A stretch of 64,000 nt of DNA, from assembly GCA_026188615.1 (NCBI GenBank), contig GCA_026188615.1_4525.1, one strand, 5' to 3'. Made by a program: the position numbers and the translations under genes. The notes below the pieces were generated by a model. It saw nothing but the letters and a program-made list of their open reading frames with translations, had not been told where the DNA came from and ran no database searches. The stretch is from a phage. Below, piece by piece: positions 18,651 through 29,254 of the stretch. Every line of letters begins with the position of its first letter. Position 1 is the first letter of the stretch.

Positions 18651-19019
18651 TTAATTACCAATTGTATATTTTGCTTTCAAAGTCCAGTCATCTTTCTGTT
18701 TAAAAGAGATAACTCGGAAGTTATTAGTCAGGCTAAATAGATCTTCACGAGCAGAGTCTTCAATAACAATCAGTCCCCAGTCTTCAAGCAACTGGGCAAT
18801 CGAATCACGTCGTTGGTAGTCTTCACCATCGATATCAACTTGTCGTCCGTCCATACGCAGCATTTCTTTAAAGTGGACGATGTAGTATTTACCTTGCTTT
18901 TGGAGGATATGACAGGACTGATAAAGGACTTTATCCTTGTTATTAGCGATGCCCATACGGGTCAAAGTCTCTTTGACTTTAAGAAAATCTTCCGGGTTCT
19001 TCAATTTAATTTCAATCAT
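18651..19019 (-). CDS. regA: translational repressor RegA
   Basis: 122 aa; MIEIKLKNPEDFLKVKETLTRMGIANNKDKVLYQSCHILQK matches T4 RegA. Confidence 0.93.
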   Translation of the reverse strand: MIEIKLKNPEDFLKVKETLTRMGIANNKDKVLYQSCHILQKQGKYYIVHFKEMLRMDGRQVDIDGEDYQRRDSIAQLLEDWGLIVIEDSAREDLFSLTNNFRVISFKQKDDWTLKAKYTIGN

Positions 19020-19022
19020 TTT

Positions 19023-19586
19023 TTACCATTCCAATGCTAATTTTTTAAATTGTTTTTGTTCTTTCACATTTTTTGTAACTTCTTTGAGAAACTCATCAGT
19101 GACCATGGCCTTCAGTTCTTTAAGGACTATTGGCAGCTTGTTATTTTTTTCAAGGAGCCGTTTATACTCGGTAGCATCATTCATGTTGATTGTGTAACGT
19201 TTCATCAACAATTTGATAACTAGTAACTCTGAAGTGTCTTCGACTAGTTTAGCCCATTTAGAGAATCGACGACCATGCGGAATTGCCGCCATCATATAGT
19301 TGAAGTGCGCTTCATCACTTAATTCAGAACCGACTAAGTTCATCATGTAAACAGCTGGCATACATTCCGGGAACTGTGATAATGAGTTCTCAACCATAAA
19401 TTTTGAGTAGTCGACCTGAGCAATTGACATAGATTTCTTTTCATTAATAGCATTAATGATTTTAAAGAATTCATTCTCAGGTTTTTCTTTAAACATGTCA
19501 GCACATTTTTGAATCGCATCAGCGTCATTAGACTTCCATGCAATTTGGTGCTCGTTAAGCTGGACGTCATCATCGAATAAGTTCAT
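19023..19586 (-). CDS. 62: clamp loader small subunit gp62
   Basis: 187 aa, position between regA and 44, T4 gp62 size. Confidence 0.85.
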   Translation of the reverse strand: MNLFDDDVQLNEHQIAWKSNDADAIQKCADMFKEKPENEFFKIINAINEKKSMSIAQVDYSKFMVENSLSQFPECMPAVYMMNLVGSELSDEAHFNYMMAAIPHGRRFSKWAKLVEDTSELLVIKLLMKRYTINMNDATEYKRLLEKNNKLPIVLKELKAMVTDEFLKEVTKNVKEQKQFKKLALEW

Positions 19587-19587
19587 A

Positions 19588-20550
19588 TTATTTCCAAGTC
19601 AGTTCGCAGGTCAGTTGAAGAAGCATATACATAACATGTAATTCAATATTACTTGCTAATCCATGAAACTTATTGTTTTCGCCTGCAATTTCGTAAAGCG
19701 AAATAATACTTTTACCAGGTGCAACTTGGTCATAACATTCTGAAACTAATTTATCGATGAACCATGAATAATCTGCAGCGTATTTTGGAGCTAATGCACG
19801 AAGTTGTTTGATATCTTTGTTCTTCATTGCTTCGATAACATCAGAGACTGTGCCACGGTCATTAGTTACGATAGACAAAATACCTGCATCAAGAACACCT
19901 TTAGACGAGTACTGGTCTAATTGACCAATTGTACGACGAAAGTCCGGGAAGTTCTTTTTAACCAGAGCTGCAACAACTTTCATATCAGCGATTTCGATAT
20001 TTTCATTCTTACAGATTTCAACCATACGATGAATCATTTTCTTCATCATCGAGATTTTATCTTCTTCGGTTGGACGTCCGAATTCGATAACTCGACAACG
20101 ACTACGTAATGGTTCAATAATTCCATCGATGTTGTTAGCAGTAATAACAATAGAGCAGTTACTAGAGAATTCTTCCATAAACGTACGAAGGTGACGTTGT
20201 GATTCGGCGAGGCCACTACGGTCAAATTCATCAATAACAATAACTTTAGGCTTGCCTTCCATTGAGACTGAACGAGCAAATGCAGTTAACGGACCGCGTA
20301 CAAAATCAATTTTACAATCAGAACCGTTGACGAACATCATTTCAGCGTTGATATCGTTACATAATGCTTTTGCTACGGTTGTTTTACCGGTACCAGGAGA
20401 TGGAGAGTGTAAAATAATATGAGGAAGTTTTCCTTTAGATACTAAAGACTTGAATGTTTCATGGTCATACGCAGGCAGAATACATTCGTCAATGGAAGAA
20501 GGACGATATTTCTGTTCTAGAATGTGTTCTTTGGAATTGATAGTAATCAT
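19588..20550 (-). CDS. 44: clamp loader ATPase gp44 (AAA+)
   Basis: 320 aa; Walker [11 protein letters not shown], Walker B VIVIDEFD. Confidence 0.93.
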   Translation of the reverse strand: MITINSKEHILEQKYRPSSIDECILPAYDHETFKSLVSKGKLPHIILHSPSPGTGKTTVAKALCNDINAEMMFVNGSDCKIDFVRGPLTAFARSVSMEGKPKVIVIDEFDRSGLAESQRHLRTFMEEFSSNCSIVITANNIDGIIEPLRSRCRVIEFGRPTEEDKISMMKKMIHRMVEICKNENIEIADMKVVAALVKKNFPDFRRTIGQLDQYSSKGVLDAGILSIVTNDRGTVSDVIEAMKNKDIKQLRALAPKYAADYSWFIDKLVSECYDQVAPGKSIISLYEIAGENNKFHGLASNIELHVMYMLLQLTCELTWK

Positions 20551-20576
20551 GTAATTTTCCTCATTATCATTAAACT

Positions 20577-20592
20577 GGAGGATTTCTCCTCC
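20577..20592 (-). other. 45-44 intercistronic hairpin
   Basis: GGAGGA-TTTC-TCCTCC between gene 45 stop and gene 44 start. Confidence 0.35.
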
Positions 20593-20625
20593 ATAATCGT
20601 ACTACATTAAACGTAAAGCTTTGAC

Positions 20626-21312
20626 TTAGAAGTCGTGAGTAGAATCGGCTTCCATCGCAATAACATAACTTACTTGAGAGCTTTCAAACTTAGCTGCAAC
20701 TTTATCACCAGCTCCCCACAACATTACTTTATAGTTACCTGGCTGGATTTTCATATTAGCCATATTGATTACGAAGTTAAAGTTGTTAGAACCATCATAA
20801 TCGGTAAGAGTCAAAGAATACTTAGGACGAGTCAAGCCAGAATCTTCAACTTTATTGTAACCGTTGATAACAATTTTACCATCTTTATTTGTAATAGCAA
20901 TTGTATCAATCTGAAGACCACGTGAAACTCGAAGCAATTGTTGAAGGTCTTCAGCTTTAATTTCAGTAATCACAGAAGCCACTGGGAATTGAATTGGCTT
21001 ATTAGGAAAAACAATGGTGCTCTTGTCAGCGGCAGGCCAATAAACTGTGGAACGTGTATCTGCAATTTTAATATTGCCATCAGTGTGCATTGAAATTTCA
21101 GCATCATCAGACACTAGACTCAAAATGCTTAAGAAGCTATTCAAATCATAAAGTGCTACGTCAAAATCAATTTCATCAGAGATATTTGCTTCCGCATAAG
21201 TGGTGCCATTAACTGCACGAGTCATAATAAATTTACCTTGACTCAGCAGAATGCCAGAGTTAATAGAGGCAAAGTTTTTCAGAATAGCGATAGTATCTTT
21301 AGACAGTTTCAT
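20626..21312 (-). CDS. 45: sliding clamp gp45
   Basis: Internal ATG MKLSKDT... with AAGGAA RBS; sequence matches T4 gp45 along its length (ends ALEADSTHDF in T4, AMEADSTHDF here). Confidence 0.93.
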   Translation of the reverse strand: MKLSKDTIAILKNFASINSGILLSQGKFIMTRAVNGTTYAEANISDEIDFDVALYDLNSFLSILSLVSDDAEISMHTDGNIKIADTRSTVYWPAADKSTIVFPNKPIQFPVASVITEIKAEDLQQLLRVSRGLQIDTIAITNKDGKIVINGYNKVEDSGLTRPKYSLTLTDYDGSNNFNFVINMANMKIQPGNYKVMLWGAGDKVAAKFESSQVSYVIAMEADSTHDF

Positions 21313-21354
21313 TTTATTTCCTTTCAAGACAATTCAAAGTTTATAACAAATTTA

Positions 21355-21771
21355 TTATGCAGCAACCATCTGCTTTTTAATAGCTTCAGGCAGTGATTCA
21401 ATATATTCTGGAATTTTAGAAGCAACAATTTCACCAGCTGCAATTAGTTGTTCGTCGGCATCAACACAGTAGAAATCTTCCAGACGCTCAGAACCGTCTT
21501 TATCAAGAACGATTTTTCCGCCGGCTTCAATAGAATCTTTATAGTGCTTACGCATCAGATGAATCCACATATCAGATACATCGTTATCAATAAAACCATA
21601 AATCATAAAACGAGTTTCTTGTGGCAAAGATTGGAGTTTTTTAGCACTTGTGTCATCACAATGCAGGACCCATGCTTTACGAACACGATTATGGTTATGT
21701 GGGTTAGCGTCAGTACGGATAGAAGTAACTTTCAGATCAGCAGCAGTGAAACCTTTAGCAGTAGTAAACAT
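21355..21771 (-). CDS. rpbA: RNA polymerase-binding protein RpbA-like
   Basis: 138-aa ORF in the T4 rpbA position; assignment by synteny. Confidence 0.55.
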   Translation of the reverse strand: MFTTAKGFTAADLKVTSIRTDANPHNHNRVRKAWVLHCDDTSAKKLQSLPQETRFMIYGFIDNDVSDMWIHLMRKHYKDSIEAGGKIVLDKDGSERLEDFYCVDADEQLIAAGEIVASKIPEYIESLPEAIKKQMVAA

Positions 21772-21783
21772 ATTATTTCTCTC

Positions 21784-21984
21784 TTATTCGTAGAAGTCGG
21801 TAACTGTCCATGCGGAATTGCGATTAGACATTATTTTATTATACTCATCTTTAAAAGCAGATTTGAGCATTTGTTCAGTAACAATATGTTCTTCACCTGA
21901 AAACGTATTGGTCAAAACATATTTTTTAATTTCAGGGACAACGAGAAGATGTTGGCCAGTTGAATACTCCATGTTGTTCTCCAT
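21784..21984 (-). CDS. hypothetical protein (45.2-like position)
   Basis: 66-aa ORF. Confidence 0.45.
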   Translation of the reverse strand: MENNMEYSTGQHLLVVPEIKKYVLTNTFSGEEHIVTEQMLKSAFKDEYNKIMSNRNSAWTVTDFYE

Positions 21985-22026
21985 TTAATTTGATGTGGTC
22001 ATTATAACCACATCGTGTTAAAGCGT

Positions 22027-23715
22027 TTATGAAACAGTCATTACCGTAAATCGTCCAACTTTGCTCATCTGAAGATGTTGTCCATAACGTTGAGGGTCAT
22101 GGTCTCGATGAGAGATAATGAACACATTAGTATTTTGTAAACTTCCAAGAATGGTATCTATAGCCTTAACAGCCTCAGAATCGACAGCACCATCAAAAAC
22201 CTCATCAAGAATCAGAGTGTTGATTTTAACACCAGAGACCTTTTCAGCAATATCTCGCCATGTAAACAACAATGCGATATCGATACGCGCTTTTTCGCCT
22301 TGACTAAATGAAGCATAACTGAACTCTTCACGGCCACGTGATTTTATAGATTCATTGAATTCTTCGTCAATAGAAAACACGTAATCGGCTTCCATGATTT
22401 TAAGATAATGGTTAATCTGCTTGTTGAACAGAGGCACGTATTTTTTAATGATAGCACCTTTAATGCCAGAATCTTTTAACATATCTGTGATAATACCACG
22501 ATGGTATTTTTCAAGAACGATATCCGATTTTGTTTTAATGATTTTATCAAGTTCTTTTTGAAGCAAAGCTATCTCATCGGCATGGTCGATAAATTCCGCT
22601 GAGGCTTGTTCTATTGCAGCTTTAACTTTCTTAGCTTTATCAATAGTGGCAATCATTGCTTGTTTCTTGGTACGAATATCAGATGCAAGGTCCTGTTTAG
22701 TCTTAACATTAGCTCTATATTCGTCCACTAGGACACTCAGATTATCTCTGTGACATGTAAGTTGCTCGAATGAGTGATTACATTCATGAAGCTTATCGGT
22801 AATCTTAGAGACAATAGGATCACCCTGGTGCAACTGTGATGCACAAGTAGGACATGTACCGCCGTCATGATACATCTTAATAACTTTGTTATATGAGTCA
22901 ATTTTAGATTTAATCAAGAATGCTTCTTGTCCTATCTTGTTAAATGCCTCAGTAGGGTCTTCATCAAGAACGATATTAAGTAGTCGCTCATTAGCTTCTT
23001 CGATTTCTGCTTTTAATGAACGAGCTTCTTTGGCCAGGTCGTCGTACATATTCTGTAGACGTGCTACATTGTCACCAGATAATTTCTTTTGACGTTCGAT
23101 ATTCTCGTTATAAATCTTAATTTGTTGGATAACACCATCTTTCTTAGCATCGAGAACTTGTCCCTGGGAATTAAGTTCTCGAACTTGAGACTTATTGATT
23201 TTATCCATTTCGGCGAGTGTGCCGACTTCTAAAAGGTCTTCGACAAGTTTTCTACGAGCAGGGGTGCTAAGAGCCATGAAAGGGGTATACCCTGCCGTCC
23301 CAAGCACAACGATTTGTTTAAAAGACGCGTATGACATTCCGATGCTACGTTCAAATTCTTCTTGGAAGTCACGACTGCTGGCAGATTCATCGAGACGAAC
23401 ACCGTCAACGGAGATTTCGAAAATATTGGGCTTTTGGCCGCGTCTAATGAAGTATTTTTTATCATCGAATTCCATCCAAAGCTCAACTAAGAGCTCTTTC
23501 TTGTTCGTGCTATTAATGATTTGTCCTTTCTTAACATCACGAAATGGTTTACCGAAAAGTCCGAAAGTAATGGCTTCTAACATCGTAGATTTACCACCGC
23601 CATTTTTACCAGTGATTAATGTCTTTTGGACTTTATCTAATTGGATATCAATAGGATTCCCACCTACCGACATGATGTTTTGATAACGAACACGATTTAA
23701 TTTAAATGATTTCAT
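22027..23715 (-). CDS. 46: recombination endonuclease subunit gp46 (Rad50/SbcC-like)
   Basis: 562 aa; Walker A TGKNGGGKST, long coiled coil with CPTC zinc hook, C-terminal signature. Confidence 0.93.
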   Translation of the reverse strand: MKSFKLNRVRYQNIMSVGGNPIDIQLDKVQKTLITGKNGGGKSTMLEAITFGLFGKPFRDVKKGQIINSTNKKELLVELWMEFDDKKYFIRRGQKPNIFEISVDGVRLDESASSRDFQEEFERSIGMSYASFKQIVVLGTAGYTPFMALSTPARRKLVEDLLEVGTLAEMDKINKSQVRELNSQGQVLDAKKDGVIQQIKIYNENIERQKKLSGDNVARLQNMYDDLAKEARSLKAEIEEANERLLNIVLDEDPTEAFNKIGQEAFLIKSKIDSYNKVIKMYHDGGTCPTCASQLHQGDPIVSKITDKLHECNHSFEQLTCHRDNLSVLVDEYRANVKTKQDLASDIRTKKQAMIATIDKAKKVKAAIEQASAEFIDHADEIALLQKELDKIIKTKSDIVLEKYHRGIITDMLKDSGIKGAIIKKYVPLFNKQINHYLKIMEADYVFSIDEEFNESIKSRGREEFSYASFSQGEKARIDIALLFTWRDIAEKVSGVKINTLILDEVFDGAVDSEAVKAIDTILGSLQNTNVFIISHRDHDPQRYGQHLQMSKVGRFTVMTVS

Positions 23716-23966
23716 ATGTATTCTCTTCGAATGAAGTCCTCTACATATTTTAACATGTCATCTCTATCAGCAAAATATTCATCTAGTTCTGCATACATAA
23801 CAACACCTGGGGCGTACTCACAGGTAACATACATTGTTCCAAAGAAACGAGGAGTTGATTCCTCGTAATTCTCAGTCCATTCAACGATACCAATATAACC
23901 GTCACCAATACTAAATTCATGACGATGGATTTCATAATCAGTCTTCGTCATTATACGCATCCTCAA
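23712..23966 (-). CDS. hypothetical protein (46.1-like)
   Basis: 84-aa ORF overlapping gene 46 start by 4 nt. Confidence 0.5.
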   Translation of the reverse strand: MRMRIMTKTDYEIHRHEFSIGDGYIGIVEWTENYEESTPRFFGTMYVTCEYAPGVVMYAELDEYFADRDDMLKYVEDFIRREYI

Positions 23967-24195
23967 TACACGCTTCAGCCATTTTAAGAATAGAACTGGG
24001 AGTATCGTTGTCCATTATATTAAAGCTAAATTCAATAGCCCAGTCGGTGCAGACATGAACTGCTTTAACTTCATTGCCTTCAACGCGTAATGGCTCAATC
24101 CAATACTTGATAGTGTTCTCGAATCCATCATCATCTTTAACGTCTATTTCAACTTCAAGCCCGAGCCCAGCATTGTTAAATTCATCTAAAGTCAT
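23938..24195 (-). CDS. hypothetical protein (46.2-like)
   Basis: 85-aa ORF. Confidence 0.5.
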   Translation of the reverse strand: MTLDEFNNAGLGLEVEIDVKDDDGFENTIKYWIEPLRVEGNEVKAVHVCTDWAIEFSFNIMDNDTPSSILKMAEACIEDAYNDED

Positions 24196-25211
24196 TGTGT
24201 TGCCTCAATATAAAGTTCGTTGGAATATTTGACCAGCGCTTCTCTGTCTTCGTCTGAGATATCTGGAATCGCGTCAATATATTCTTTAATGATATCTTGA
24301 AGTGATTTAATCTCGATTTCCTGGTCGTCATCAGATTCAACACTGTTATCAACTTTAGAAACCATACGAAGAGAGTGAACTACTTTTTCAAGTTCAGATT
24401 CAAACTTAGTCAAATCTGAATCAATTTCTGATACTATAACACGTACGGCTAGATTAGTATAATCAGAATAATTGATTTTGCCTTTAAACGGATAAGTGAT
24501 TCGTCGATGCCATGTTGTTTCATTAGGAATAAATTCCATACGTTCAACATCAGTGTCAAATACCCAGAATCCTCGAGGGTCGTTCTCATCACCTGCAGTA
24601 AGGGTCCATGGTGTCCCAATATATTTGACGTTAGCAGCTTCAGAGATTGTGTGGAAGTGGCCAGACCAGACTTGTTTATAGGTCTTTAAGAAATCAGGTT
24701 CAAGCCCATGAGACTTCATTCCTTTATAGAAATAAAAGCCGTTCAGTTCCAAGTGACCAACACAATACGCAGCAGAAGAAGTCTTGATGTGCTCTAAGAT
24801 TTCACCTGTATTTTCTTCACACATCCATGGAACGATATCAATCAGACATCCGTCAAAATCTACAGTAGTTGGATGTTCGTAAATAGTAAAGTTTTCAAAT
24901 TGAGTTAACAATTCAGAAACAGTGTTAGGTGTTATTGTATTCTTAAACGCCATGTCATGGTTTCCTATCGTGACATGAACGTGAATGCCTGCTTTAGAAA
25001 TCATATCAACGATTTCACGATTGAATTCCATTGTACGATGTGTTATTGCTTTACGGACGTCAAACCAATCACCGTACTGAATCCAAGTTTTAATCCCGTG
25101 TTTCTTAGAGTATTCAATTGCTTGACGAATACCGTCACGTTGAATATCTTGGACCCATGGGTCGTCTTGTTTGACTCCGATATGGAAGTCGCCTAAGTGC
25201 AAAATTTTCAT
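24192..25211 (-). CDS. 47: recombination endonuclease subunit gp47 (Mre11/SbcD-like)
   Basis: 339 aa; MKILHLGDFHIG, phosphoesterase motifs GNHD and GHxH. Confidence 0.93.
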   Translation of the reverse strand: MKILHLGDFHIGVKQDDPWVQDIQRDGIRQAIEYSKKHGIKTWIQYGDWFDVRKAITHRTMEFNREIVDMISKAGIHVHVTIGNHDMAFKNTITPNTVSELLTQFENFTIYEHPTTVDFDGCLIDIVPWMCEENTGEILEHIKTSSAAYCVGHLELNGFYFYKGMKSHGLEPDFLKTYKQVWSGHFHTISEAANVKYIGTPWTLTAGDENDPRGFWVFDTDVERMEFIPNETTWHRRITYPFKGKINYSDYTNLAVRVIVSEIDSDLTKFESELEKVVHSLRMVSKVDNSVESDDDQEIEIKSLQDIIKEYIDAIPDISDEDREALVKYSNELYIEATQ

Positions 25212-25234
25212 ATTATTTCCTCATTAGTTAATTC

Positions 25235-25258
25235 ATTCTATCATCCGTTTATAAAGCA
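25235..25258 (-). promoter_or_regulatory. middle-promoter-like element (TGCTTTA + TAGAAT)
   Basis: MotA box consensus 11 nt upstream of TAGAAT, just after terminator and before gene 47. Confidence 0.4.
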
Positions 25259-25281
25259 AAAAAGGAACTCCGAAGAGTTCC
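25258..25281 (-). terminator. rho-independent terminator
   Basis: GGAACTC-CGAA-GAGTTCC followed on minus strand by T6. Confidence 0.7.
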
Positions 25282-25454
25282 TATCCACATAGTACACCGT
25301 ACAGAGGCTCATTTGAACTTTTAAATCGAATGGGCTTGTACGTAATAGTTCCTTCGGCTTTAGCTTTATCATAAGACTCTTTAAAACGTCTCATTCTTTC
25401 TGCTTTGCCTTTACTGATTTTATCGAAATTTTCAGAAGTCGGGATGTTCGTCAT
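25281..25454 (-). CDS. small ORF (57 aa), not in ORF track
   Basis: MTNIPTSENFDKISKGKAERMRRFKESYDKAKAEG...; ends at the terminator hairpin. Confidence 0.3.
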   Translation of the reverse strand: MTNIPTSENFDKISKGKAERMRRFKESYDKAKAEGTITYKPIRFKSSNEPLYGVLCG

Positions 25455-25493
25455 GCATAATCACCTCTCAGAAAATACCTAAATCGATTTCTC

Positions 25494-25715
25494 TCATCGT
25501 TTCCACCATTTCTTAACTTGAAATGAATCAACCCACACGAGTTGTTTTGGGTCTGCCTTTACAATAGGCGGACAAATTTCTGTAATAGAACCGTCGTGAT
25601 ATTCCTTTTCGGAAATTTTAACACAAAGAGGACCACCTAATTTAATGGTGAACCCTGCGTTCAGCTTCAGACGTTTAAACTTTGTTTGAACTAGCGCCAT
25701 TAATGATGTCCTCAA
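25494..25715 (-). CDS. hypothetical protein
   Basis: 73-aa ORF. Confidence 0.4.
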   Translation of the reverse strand: MRTSLMALVQTKFKRLKLNAGFTIKLGGPLCVKISEKEYHDGSITEICPPIVKADPKQLVWVDSFQVKKWWKR

Positions 25716-25998
25716 TAGCCTGACGAGTAGTAATCCACTGGATTTTAATTAACTTGTCATTATATGGTTGTCGTAGAATATCCCGAGATTTCTTAATAGC
25801 ATATTCATAAGCTTCGAAGTTGTTTTGAATTGCTGCTTCTTGAGCATGAGCATAAAGACGGTTTAGTTCAAAACGATTCTTTTTAAGAATCTTTTCAGAT
25901 TTTTTACGTGCTTCAGCTTCATTTTTCTTTTGGATTTCTTGTAGCATTTTAGCTACTGCATCTTCTGCTTCTTTATTTTCAATAATCTCGGTAGTCAT
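25675..25998 (-). CDS. hypothetical protein
   Basis: 107-aa ORF. Confidence 0.5.
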   Translation of the reverse strand: MTTEIIENKEAEDAVAKMLQEIQKKNEAEARKKSEKILKKNRFELNRLYAHAQEAAIQNNFEAYEYAIKKSRDILRQPYNDKLIKIQWITTRQAIEDIINGASSNKV

Positions 25999-25999
25999 A

Positions 26000-26215
26000 T
26001 TATCTCATTAAATTAAAATAAAAACGTCCGTCCTCTTCAATACAGAACTCGTACTCAACCGGGGTCCCATTTATCGAAAATGACACGTCATGTGGGTTCA
26101 AAGGGTCGATGTCAAAATTAATTTTAAATTCTCGACCCAACAGTTTTACCAAATAAGGGATTGCTTCGTCAAAAGGTTCTTCTAAGTAGTTAGAGATGTC
26201 AATTGTCATCCTCAT
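26000..26215 (-). CDS. hypothetical protein (start trimmed to first in-frame Met, still overlaps gene 55 end by 17 nt)
   Basis: ORF 26000..26293 overlaps gene 55 end; internal Met used. Confidence 0.45.
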   Translation of the reverse strand: MRMTIDISNYLEEPFDEAIPYLVKLLGREFKINFDIDPLNPHDVSFSINGTPVEYEFCIEEDGRFYFNLMR

Positions 26216-26756
26216 ATAAAAAATCCAAACTAGGTGAATCGCTAACAACTTCCTTCTTTTCAGCCCCAGGAGCTTTATAAGCGGATTCTTCATAATGCGT
26301 CATTTTATCGTAGATGTCTTGAATAAACGTTTCATCTACCAACGCTACCATATCATCGTCATGACTGTCGTAGACATTATGAACGAAGTAACTATATTTC
26401 TTTGCAACTTCCTTACGTTCTTTTTTGATACGTTGGACAAAAGCATTAAAACAAGCTCGAGTTATGTATGCATGTGGGTTATTGTACTTAGTTTCGTCGA
26501 AATTATGAAGTCCCTTAATAGAGGCTTCAATCCCATCTGCAATCATCTCCTGCTTCCAAGACTGGGTATATCCTGAAAAGTTGAAACGTTTGGACAGGCC
26601 TTCGGCGATAAGCATAATTGCTAAACCGATGGTATCATTCTGACGAATAATTTTGTTTGGGTCTTTATTATTTAAGAGCTCCTTTTTCCACTCGATTATA
26701 GCGGCGAGAAGCTCTTTATTATTCACATAGTTATTTTTAGGTTTTTGTTCAGTCAT
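26199..26756 (-). CDS. 55: late-transcription sigma factor gp55
   Basis: 185 aa; NYVNNKELL...[60 protein letters not shown] matches T4 gp55. Confidence 0.95.
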   Translation of the reverse strand: MTEQKPKNNYVNNKELLAAIIEWKKELLNNKDPNKIIRQNDTIGLAIMLIAEGLSKRFNFSGYTQSWKQEMIADGIEASIKGLHNFDETKYNNPHAYITRACFNAFVQRIKKERKEVAKKYSYFVHNVYDSHDDDMVALVDETFIQDIYDKMTHYEESAYKAPGAEKKEVVSDSPSLDFLYEDDN

Positions 26757-26793
26757 AAGTACCTCTTAGCTCAATTCATAGGTCTATTATATC

Positions 26794-26821
26794 ATAATAT
26801 TTAGAGACCTATCTTAAAGCA
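26794..26821 (-). promoter_or_regulatory. middle-promoter-like element (TGCTTTA box) upstream of gene 55
   Basis: TGCTTTA then 15-nt spacer then TATTAT; spacing longer than canonical. Confidence 0.3.
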
Positions 26822-26828
26822 CGAGATA

Positions 26829-27098
26829 CTATCGGATCAAACAATAAGCCTGAAACACTTTTTCCATTAAACGTTTGAACTCATGGATATCGATATAAAG
26901 CTCAGTAAGACCGGCATTATAAAGAAAATCTAAAAAGTTCTCATGTGTTTCGTTATAGTCGCCTTCGTTTAATTGAGATACATGAGTTTCCCAAAAACCA
27001 ACACCTTTAACGAATGGAAAATACGTGACTTTCATGTATTCGTCAACATAAAATTCGCCCAGCTTTTCTTCAGTTATACTGATTCGAGTTATTTTCAT
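26829..27098 (-). CDS. hypothetical protein
   Basis: 89-aa ORF. Confidence 0.5.
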   Translation of the reverse strand: MKITRISITEEKLGEFYVDEYMKVTYFPFVKGVGFWETHVSQLNEGDYNETHENFLDFLYNAGLTELYIDIHEFKRLMEKVFQAYCLIR

Positions 27099-27322
27099 TC
27101 TAGTTCCTTTGCTGCTTCAAGAGCAGCATCCAGCGAATCAAATTGGTCAACGAAATCAATATTCAACGCATCGTCAACCGTAGCATATAACCACCATTGT
27201 TTGAATTCATATTCTAGGATAAATCCAGGCCCTTCAATCTGAGGAAGACCTAGGCTATTTGTACCAACTTCGTAACCAGCTAGACGCAGGTCATTAATCA
27301 AAGTTTCTGTTAATACGCTCAT
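27095..27322 (-). CDS. hypothetical protein
   Basis: 75-aa ORF, 4-nt overlaps both sides. Confidence 0.5.
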   Translation of the reverse strand: MSVLTETLINDLRLAGYEVGTNSLGLPQIEGPGFILEYEFKQWWLYATVDDALNIDFVDQFDSLDAALEAAKELE

Positions 27323-27651
27323 TTTACCGCCTTAACAATTTTCAGGTCAACGAATTTTTTCTTACGTTGATTTTTCATACGACGGATAGTCTTTTCAGAG
27401 ATTTCATGTTTCTGATAAGCTTTAGATTCAACACCAAATGCAGCAACGTCAAATTCAGAAAGAATATATTGTACTAGAATTTCACGAATAGAATTACGTC
27501 CAATTTTCTGGTCGTGTTTTTGCATGATTTCATAAAGACGGAATTCCCACGCGTCAAGAACTTGAGGAGTAACAATATTGCCGGATTCCAGAAGAGCAAC
27601 AACTTTATCGAAAGCGAAAGAATTAACTACGTTTTTGATTTTAGTAGACAT
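27319..27651 (-). CDS. hypothetical protein
   Basis: Internal ATG MSTKIKN with GAGGA RBS; early promoter upstream. Confidence 0.5.
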   Translation of the reverse strand: MSTKIKNVVNSFAFDKVVALLESGNIVTPQVLDAWEFRLYEIMQKHDQKIGRNSIREILVQYILSEFDVAAFGVESKAYQKHEISEKTIRRMKNQRKKKFVDLKIVKAVK

Positions 27652-27688
27652 ATTATTTTCCTCGGTTATTTTATTATCCAACGAGAGA

Positions 27689-27717
27689 ATTATACTCATC
27701 TCTCAAGAGTTTGTATA
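27689..27717 (-). promoter_or_regulatory. sigma70-type promoter (TATACA -35, TATAAT -10)
   Basis: 17-nt spacer; near-duplicate of element at 57044..57072. Confidence 0.45.
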
Positions 27718-27957
27718 TTATTTTTTAAGCATGAAAAGTAAGTAATTTGTATCACGTGGAGTAATATCAACACCCATATCAAAGATGCCTTTATAGATTG
27801 GGTATTTGTTTTCGGTTGTATCGAAGCTGAAACTATTTCCATCACAACTAACAGTAATAGCATCTGTTAAAATGTCATACTCAATCCTAACAATTGAATC
27901 CCCAATTTTAACGTCGAGGTGTTTTTTGAATTTGATAAAATCTAATTCTTGGGCCAT
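27718..27957 (-). CDS. hypothetical protein
   Basis: 79-aa ORF. Confidence 0.5.
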   Translation of the reverse strand: MAQELDFIKFKKHLDVKIGDSIVRIEYDILTDAITVSCDGNSFSFDTTENKYPIYKGIFDMGVDITPRDTNYLLFMLKK

Positions 27958-28020
27958 GATATTTTACTCATTTTAAGACGATAGGAAGATAATAACATGT
28001 CTTCCTATCGTTGTACATTA

Positions 28021-28233
28021 TTAACCGAACTTTTTAGCGCCTTTCCAGCCTTCGTACATAACTGCACAAGTCAATAGTACAGCGTGCTGGCATTCTTTGT
28101 ATTTGTAAACCCAGAACCAGCGTAAGAAGTCTTCATCCTCAACGCCGTTGAGTTTCATATTGGCAAAGAATTCTGCACGTTCTTCACGAAGCTTTTGCGA
28201 TAACATAGATTCAGGATTCATTTTGTGTTCCAC
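28021..28233 (-). CDS. hypothetical protein
   Basis: 70-aa ORF. Confidence 0.45.
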   Translation of the reverse strand: MEHKMNPESMLSQKLREERAEFFANMKLNGVEDEDFLRWFWVYKYKECQHAVLLTCAVMYEGWKGAKKFG

Positions 28234-28359
28234 GCCCCATTTTCATCGATGAACTTAATCCAGTCATTTACAGACCATTTAGTTGTATCACCCTTTGGAT
28301 TAACATTTAAAGTGTATAATCCCTGCTTAAAAAGCATTCGTTTGATATTCATAATTTCC

Positions 28360-28653
28360 TCAACTGTAACGATAACATTCGTTAGCTTTACGTTTGGCTT
28401 CAGTATGAGAAGTATTATAATCATAATCTTCTTTACTGTAAACATCTTTTTTCAACTTACGAACTTCTTTGCGGAGTTGTCGATTCATTTCGTTCTTGAC
28501 TTCAGAATCAACGCCTTTCATACGTTTCCATTTATCTGAGCGGAAGATGTTTTCAACCATGTCTTTGTGGCTAACACCGTCAGGAGCTTTACGCTTACCA
28601 AAATAGTCGTAATCGCGAACTTTCAAATCTTTACGACGATATGTTTTACCCAT
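28360..28653 (-). CDS. hypothetical basic protein
   Basis: Internal start MGKTYRRKDLK; Lys/Arg-rich. Confidence 0.45.
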   Translation of the reverse strand: MGKTYRRKDLKVRDYDYFGKRKAPDGVSHKDMVENIFRSDKWKRMKGVDSEVKNEMNRQLRKEVRKLKKDVYSKEDYDYNTSHTEAKRKANECYRYS

Positions 28654-28660
28654 AAGTACC

Positions 28661-28909
28661 TCAGAGGTTGATTGATACAATGCGTTTGATAAAATTCACT
28701 TCACTTACTGAAAGGTCTTTAAGACCGATTGATTCTAAACGCTGAGTAAGCGTCAACATTGGGATATAATCCCATTGAGTTTTATTTGCTTGATAAGTAC
28801 GAACGCCATTAGCAATTTCAACATGCAAATCGGAAATGGTAATGAATACCGGATGCTCGTCATTAACTTTAAGGGTTAGAACAACCTTCTTTGAATCTAA
28901 ACTAATCAT
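28661..28909 (-). CDS. hypothetical protein
   Basis: 82-aa ORF. Confidence 0.45.
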   Translation of the reverse strand: MISLDSKKVVLTLKVNDEHPVFITISDLHVEIANGVRTYQANKTQWDYIPMLTLTQRLESIGLKDLSVSEVNFIKRIVSINL

Positions 28910-29250
28910 GGCTTAATTTCCTTCGCAACTGAACAGAAGATACTACGGTCACAAAGCATTTCACCAATTTCTGGATATTTGATTGAACGGTACCAAACAT
29001 CCAGGCTTGAAACTCTGGTTATCTGTATGGCATTACCATTGACAGAATAGTACTGGTCAACCTTAATTTCTTTATCTTCAATTGTCATTTTATTTTCCTC
29101 TATAGTAGATGGTTTAATCTTAACACATTTATTGAGGATGTAAACTGTTTTATGAAAATATTTTTTGATTTGAGAGGGGCACAAGGAGATAGTGAAGTGA
29201 AGATTCCAATGGATTATATTAGAAATGAGATAAAGAAGACCAGGCGGCAC
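28906..29250 (-). CDS. hypothetical protein
   Basis: 114-aa ORF, start uncertain. Confidence 0.4.
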   Translation of the reverse strand: MPPGLLYLISNIIHWNLHFTISLCPSQIKKYFHKTVYILNKCVKIKPSTIEENKMTIEDKEIKVDQYYSVNGNAIQITRVSSLDVWYRSIKYPEIGEMLCDRSIFCSVAKEIKP

Positions 29251-29254
29251 CTGG

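Noticed and set aside
21328-21354. Late promoter upstream of gene 45
   Set aside because: Only TATAAACT (7 of 8) is present, not the exact TATAAATA
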